From SAR86 cluster bacterium SAR86A (GTDB taxonomy: Bacteria > Pseudomonadota > Gammaproteobacteria > Magnimaribacterales > D2472), in assembly GCA_000252525.1 (NCBI GenBank), contig JH611156.1:23863-87862 (forward strand): a stretch of DNA of 64,000 nucleotides, read 5' to 3'. Below, in pieces: positions 60,513 through 64,000 of this stretch. Both the position numbers and the translations under genes were made by a program. Under the pieces are notes generated by a model, which searched no databases, was not told the DNA's origin, and saw only the letters and a list, made by a program, of their open reading frames with translations. The stretch's first letter is position 1, and each line of letters begins with the position of its first letter.

Positions 60513-61419
60513 TTGAGTGCAGTTCTTTATTTAAATTAGATTTTTTTTGATTTGGTTTAGCAATTACCATTCCAGTCAAAGAATCCCTAATGAAAAGCAG
60601 GTTTGACTTACCAGATAAATCTCGCGCTTTGACAATCAGTGGCGATTCATTTTTGTCTTTAGTAAGATTGATTTTAGTTCCAGCAGTAATGTATAAACCT
60701 GCTTCAACAATACAATTATCACCTAACGAAATGCCTACTCCTGCATTTGCACCAATAAGGCAATTTTCTCCAATAGATATTTTTGTATCATTTCCTCCTG
60801 AAAGAGTACCCATGGTGCTGGCACCACCTCCTAAATCAGAGTTATTACCAATTACTACTCCAGCTGAAACTCTTCCTTCAATCATCGCTTTACCCAAGGT
60901 CCCAGCATTAAAATTAATGAATCCTTCGTGCATTACTGTTGTTCCAGCACTCAAATATGCTCCAAGCCTCACTCTGCTTGCATCAGCAATTCTAACTTTC
61001 TTTGGAACAACATAATCAGTAAGACATGGAAATTTATCTATGGATCTTATATATAAATCATTCTTTCCAGATTTCGATTCTTTCAATCTTAATTCTATTT
61101 CATCAATAGAAATAGGTCCTTTATTTGTCCATACTACATTTGGCAAGCATTCGAATAACCCATCTAGATTTACAGTGTTCGGTAATACAAACCTGTTAGA
61201 AATTAAATGTAATTTAAAATATGCATCTGCAGCATTCTTAATTGGTTCATCTAAATCATTTTTCGACCAATCAAGCATAATAATTTCTTGAGCATTAGAA
61301 GTAATTTTAATAGTTTTAAATTCTGTCTTTTGATTATCAAATTCTATATTTGGAAAATATACGTCAAGTATCTGTCCAGATTCAGACTTATTTGCAATGC
61401 CTTCTCCATGGATTTTCAT
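60505..61419 (-). CDS. dapD: 2,3,4,5-tetrahydropyridine-2,6-dicarboxylate N-succinyltransferase (Pseudomonas-type)
   Basis: 304 aa. DKFPCLTDYVVPKKVRIADASRVRLGAYLSAGTTVMHEGFINFNAGT and STMGTLSGG match the long DapD form. Confidence 0.9.
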   Translation of the reverse strand: MKIHGEGIANKSESGQILDVYFPNIEFDNQKTEFKTIKITSNAQEIIMLDWSKNDLDEPIKNAADAYFKLHLISNRFVLPNTVNLDGLFECLPNVVWTNKGPISIDEIELRLKESKSGKNDLYIRSIDKFPCLTDYVVPKKVRIADASRVRLGAYLSAGTTVMHEGFINFNAGTLGKAMIEGRVSAGVVIGNNSDLGGGASTMGTLSGGNDTKISIGENCLIGANAGVGISLGDNCIVEAGLYITAGTKINLTKDKNESPLIVKARDLSGKSNLLFIRDSLTGMVIAKPNQKKSNLNKELHSND

Positions 61420-61424
61420 TTTCT

Positions 61425-63935
61425 TTAAACCACTTTTTTTAATTCTGAAATAATTTTTTTAATTTTGTAATTTGGAACTAACTTTTTATTGAAATTTTCA
61501 ATTTCAAAAGTGTCTTCAACTCTTTCACCCAGTGTATTGATTCTTGCAGAGTAAATTGAGACATCATTTTCAAAAAATACTTTTGAAATATTAGCTAGTA
61601 AACCGGAACTGTCAACCGTTTCAACTGTTATTAGGTTCCTATTTTTATTTATATCTATGGACTCATCTATTTTTACAATTTTTTCAAATTTAGCATTTTT
61701 TTTCTTAACTTTTCTTCTTTCGGTAATTTGATCAACTGCATGAAAGTTTTTTTCAATTTTAGAAGATAATTCAATTAATTCTGATTTGTTAAGAACTCTG
61801 TCTTGCCGAGAAAACTTTGTAATAAATGTATTTGCTGCAAATTGATTATCTTTTGATGTAAAGATACTTGCGTCAATAATTTCAAGTCCTGCACGATCAA
61901 ATATATTAACTAATTTATAAAATAAGCCTGGAGAATCATCAACTTTTACAAATATCTCTATGAGTTCGTTAAATTTTTGCTTGCAGCCAATAACAAATTC
62001 TTTATTTTTATTTTTTAGTATTAATTTTGATTGCCATAAAAGAGAACTCGACGAATTTTTATTGAAATAATTGTCTTCAAAATTTTTAAAATGATGCGTT
62101 ATAAATTCTTTTTCTTCTTTAGTATCAAGGCTATCGAATACATTTTTTTGTCTTTCTATTGAAATCTGAGATGATGCTTTCATAGGTTCTTTATTAATCT
62201 TTGATCTCGTCAATAAATAAAGGTCTTTCAATAAAAGATGCTTCCAGCCATTCCATAGAGCAGGATTTGTAGCTCTGATATCATTAATTGTGAGAAGATA
62301 TAAATAATCTAATTTTTCACTTGATTCAACTACTGAAGCAAATTCATTAACTGTATTGGGATCACCAATGTCTTTTTTTTGGGAAATAGATGACATTATA
62401 AGATGTTTCTTTACAAGCCAAGATATTAAATCTGCATCTGTCTTTGACATACCCAATCTTTTTGCAAATCTTTTACTTGTCTTGGCTCCAATTTCTGAGT
62501 GATCTCCGCCTTTGCCTTTTCCGAGGTCGTGAAACAAACCTGCAAGATATAAAATTTCTATTTTTGGTAATTTATTTATTAATTCATGCTCTAATTCAAA
62601 TCCAGTTTGCTTATTTAATTTCATTTGTCTCATGTTTCTTACCACTTTAAATGTATGTTCATCTACAGTGTAAGTATGAAATAAATCAAATTGCATTTGT
62701 CCTACAACACTCTTAAATTCTGGAATATACTCTTGCATAACGCCAAGTGATTTCATTGTCCTTAATATTGATGAAAGGTTATATTTAGATCTTAATATTT
62801 CTAAGAATTGACTTGCATACTCTTCATTTTTTCTGAACTCTTTATCAATAAAGTTAATGTTTTTTCGAATGAGCGATTTAGTTTTAGTGTCAATTGAATT
62901 TATTGTTTTACTTTTACCAATTTCAACAAATATTTCAAATATAAGGTTTTTATTATTCCTTAGATTAATATTTTCAATTCCAATTTTGCTGCCATATTTG
63001 TGAATACCTTTAATTTTTTGAAAATAGTTTTTTTTAGGATATTTTTCGTTATATTTCTCATAAACAATCTCATTAAAGTATGAAAGTACTGCCGCCATTT
63101 CATAAAATTTTTTCATCATCTTTTCAACTGAGTTTTTTGCAGATCTTTTACCTAGTCTGGCTTTTTTCGAAATTTCAACCTGAGCTTCAAAATTTAGTCT
63201 GTTTTGATTTGTGAGTATGTTAGTTGCAAATCTTAAAGATTTTATAAAGTTATACGCATCAAGCGCATCATTAAGCTCACTATTGAATATTTTTGATCTA
63301 GATATATCACTGGTAGTTCTTAAATCAAAGCAGTGTTGAAGGATCCATAATGCAGATTGAAAATCTCTGAGTCCTCCTGGAGATTCTTTTAAATCTGGCT
63401 CTAAATTAAAAGCTGTAGAGAAAAATTTACTGTGTCGTTGTTGTTGCTCTATAAATTTTGCGTTGTAGAAATTATTTTTGGACCAAAGTTTGGATAGAGC
63501 ATAGTTAATTTTATTGTCCATTTCATTTGTCGAAATGATTGGGCGTCTTGTTAGATAAGATGTGAACTCTCTTATGTCTTTTTTTGATATTTTTTTAATA
63601 TCCGAAATCGATCTAACAGAATGACCAACTTTATATCCTTGATCCCATAGATAAGAAATAAATTCTTCAAGATTTTTAAAATTATTTGATTTATTTTTTT
63701 CAACAATTGATATGTCAATGTCTGAAATTGGAAAAATTTCTTTTCTACCAAAACCTCCATTGGCATAAATTACAAAATTTTTATCAAGATCAAGATCAAG
63801 AAATCTTTTTTTAATTTTTCTCTCGACTTCATTTGAGTATTTTCTTAGAAATTTATTGACTTTTGATGGTTTTAGATAGACTTCAGGGAAGGATTTATTA
63901 AATTCATTGTTAAGTTTAGAGATCTTTTCAATCAT
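61425..63935 (-). CDS. glnD: Bifunctional [protein-PII] uridylyltransferase/uridylyl-removing enzyme
   Basis: 836 aa with a nucleotidyltransferase motif (GGFGRKEIFPISDIDI), an HD domain (LFHDLGKG) and two C-terminal ACT-like domains. It lies downstream of map. Confidence 0.93.
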   Translation of the reverse strand: MIEKISKLNNEFNKSFPEVYLKPSKVNKFLRKYSNEVERKIKKRFLDLDLDKNFVIYANGGFGRKEIFPISDIDISIVEKNKSNNFKNLEEFISYLWDQGYKVGHSVRSISDIKKISKKDIREFTSYLTRRPIISTNEMDNKINYALSKLWSKNNFYNAKFIEQQQRHSKFFSTAFNLEPDLKESPGGLRDFQSALWILQHCFDLRTTSDISRSKIFNSELNDALDAYNFIKSLRFATNILTNQNRLNFEAQVEISKKARLGKRSAKNSVEKMMKKFYEMAAVLSYFNEIVYEKYNEKYPKKNYFQKIKGIHKYGSKIGIENINLRNNKNLIFEIFVEIGKSKTINSIDTKTKSLIRKNINFIDKEFRKNEEYASQFLEILRSKYNLSSILRTMKSLGVMQEYIPEFKSVVGQMQFDLFHTYTVDEHTFKVVRNMRQMKLNKQTGFELEHELINKLPKIEILYLAGLFHDLGKGKGGDHSEIGAKTSKRFAKRLGMSKTDADLISWLVKKHLIMSSISQKKDIGDPNTVNEFASVVESSEKLDYLYLLTINDIRATNPALWNGWKHLLLKDLYLLTRSKINKEPMKASSQISIERQKNVFDSLDTKEEKEFITHHFKNFEDNYFNKNSSSSLLWQSKLILKNKNKEFVIGCKQKFNELIEIFVKVDDSPGLFYKLVNIFDRAGLEIIDASIFTSKDNQFAANTFITKFSRQDRVLNKSELIELSSKIEKNFHAVDQITERRKVKKKNAKFEKIVKIDESIDINKNRNLITVETVDSSGLLANISKVFFENDVSIYSARINTLGERVEDTFEIENFNKKLVPNYKIKKIISELKKVV

Positions 63936-64000
63936 TGAAATTCTTCATTTCTCTTCGTTAAAATTTCTGAACCATCTTTTGTTACCGCAATTGTATGTTC
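63932..64000 (-). CDS. map: Methionine aminopeptidase (C-terminal fragment; 5' end outside window)
   Basis: The reverse complement reads EHTIAVTKDGSEILTKRNEEFQ then TGA. The stop overlaps the glnD ATG (ATGA). map-glnD linkage is conserved. Confidence 0.8.
   Translation of the reverse strand, partial: EHTIAVTKDGSEILTKRNEEFQ

Noticed and set aside
1-64000. Looked for CRISPR repeats, tRNA/rRNA genes, IS elements or transposases, integrases, phage genes, restriction-modification, toxin-antitoxin or other defence modules, riboswitches, and large direct or inverted repeats.
   Set aside because: None were found. Every ORF of at least 60 aa is either a recognisable housekeeping gene or a shadow ORF. 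The about 1.3 kb of intergenic DNA is accounted for by short promoter/leader regions. RatA is annotated as a toxin in some databases, but here it has no ratB partner and looks like the Coq10-like SRPBCC housekeeping form.

Overview
This window is an AT-rich (by eye about one-third G+C, not computed), very gene-dense stretch of chromosomal core, most likely from a Gammaproteobacterium. The taxon call rests only on gene content and order. The order is: spc/alpha ribosomal operons (rpsN..rplQ), uvrA<>ssb, fabB-fabA-ispB<>rplU-rpmA-obg, rpsT, a TonB-dependent receptor, ssrA-smpB, ratA/bamE<>fur, grpE-dnaK-dnaJ-dapB. Then comes the long string rpsB-tsf-pyrH-frr-uppS-cdsA-dxr-rseP-bamA-skp-lpxD-fabZ-lpxA-lpxB-rnhB-dnaE-accA-tilS, followed by leuA<>holD-rimI, valS-pepA<>lptF-lptG and dapE-dapD-glnD-map. 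fabA/fabB plus holD (psi) argue for Gammaproteobacteria. The compaction, shortened proteins and AT bias suggest a streamlined, possibly marine SAR86-like lineage, but that is only a guess. I call 70 protein genes and one tmRNA. Two genes are cut by the window edges, and rpmJ is missing from the supplied ORF track. By my coordinates only about 1.3 kb (about 2 percent) is intergenic. I found no rRNA, tRNA, CRISPR array, transposase, integrase, prophage, toxin-antitoxin pair or recognisable defence system. I do not see a novel multi-gene system here; this reads as housekeeping DNA. Six small-scale points deserve a second look. (i) A perfect 14-bp inverted repeat lies over a sigma-32-type promoter, the SD and the AUG of grpE. 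(ii) A -10-like hexamer recurs 5-6 nt upstream of SD-less start codons (fur, rpsT, holD, the RDD gene, smpB), suggesting leaderless mRNAs. (iii) ValRS stops about 200 aa short of the E. coli enzyme. (iv) Six of nine convergent gene pairs share a 4-nt overlapping stop (TTAA/CTAA), and only one intrinsic terminator is visible in 64 kb. (v) The single sizeable convergent spacer (59296-59384) carries a 26-codon lysine-rich ORF. (vi) The rpsB leader has mutually exclusive helices that touch the SD.
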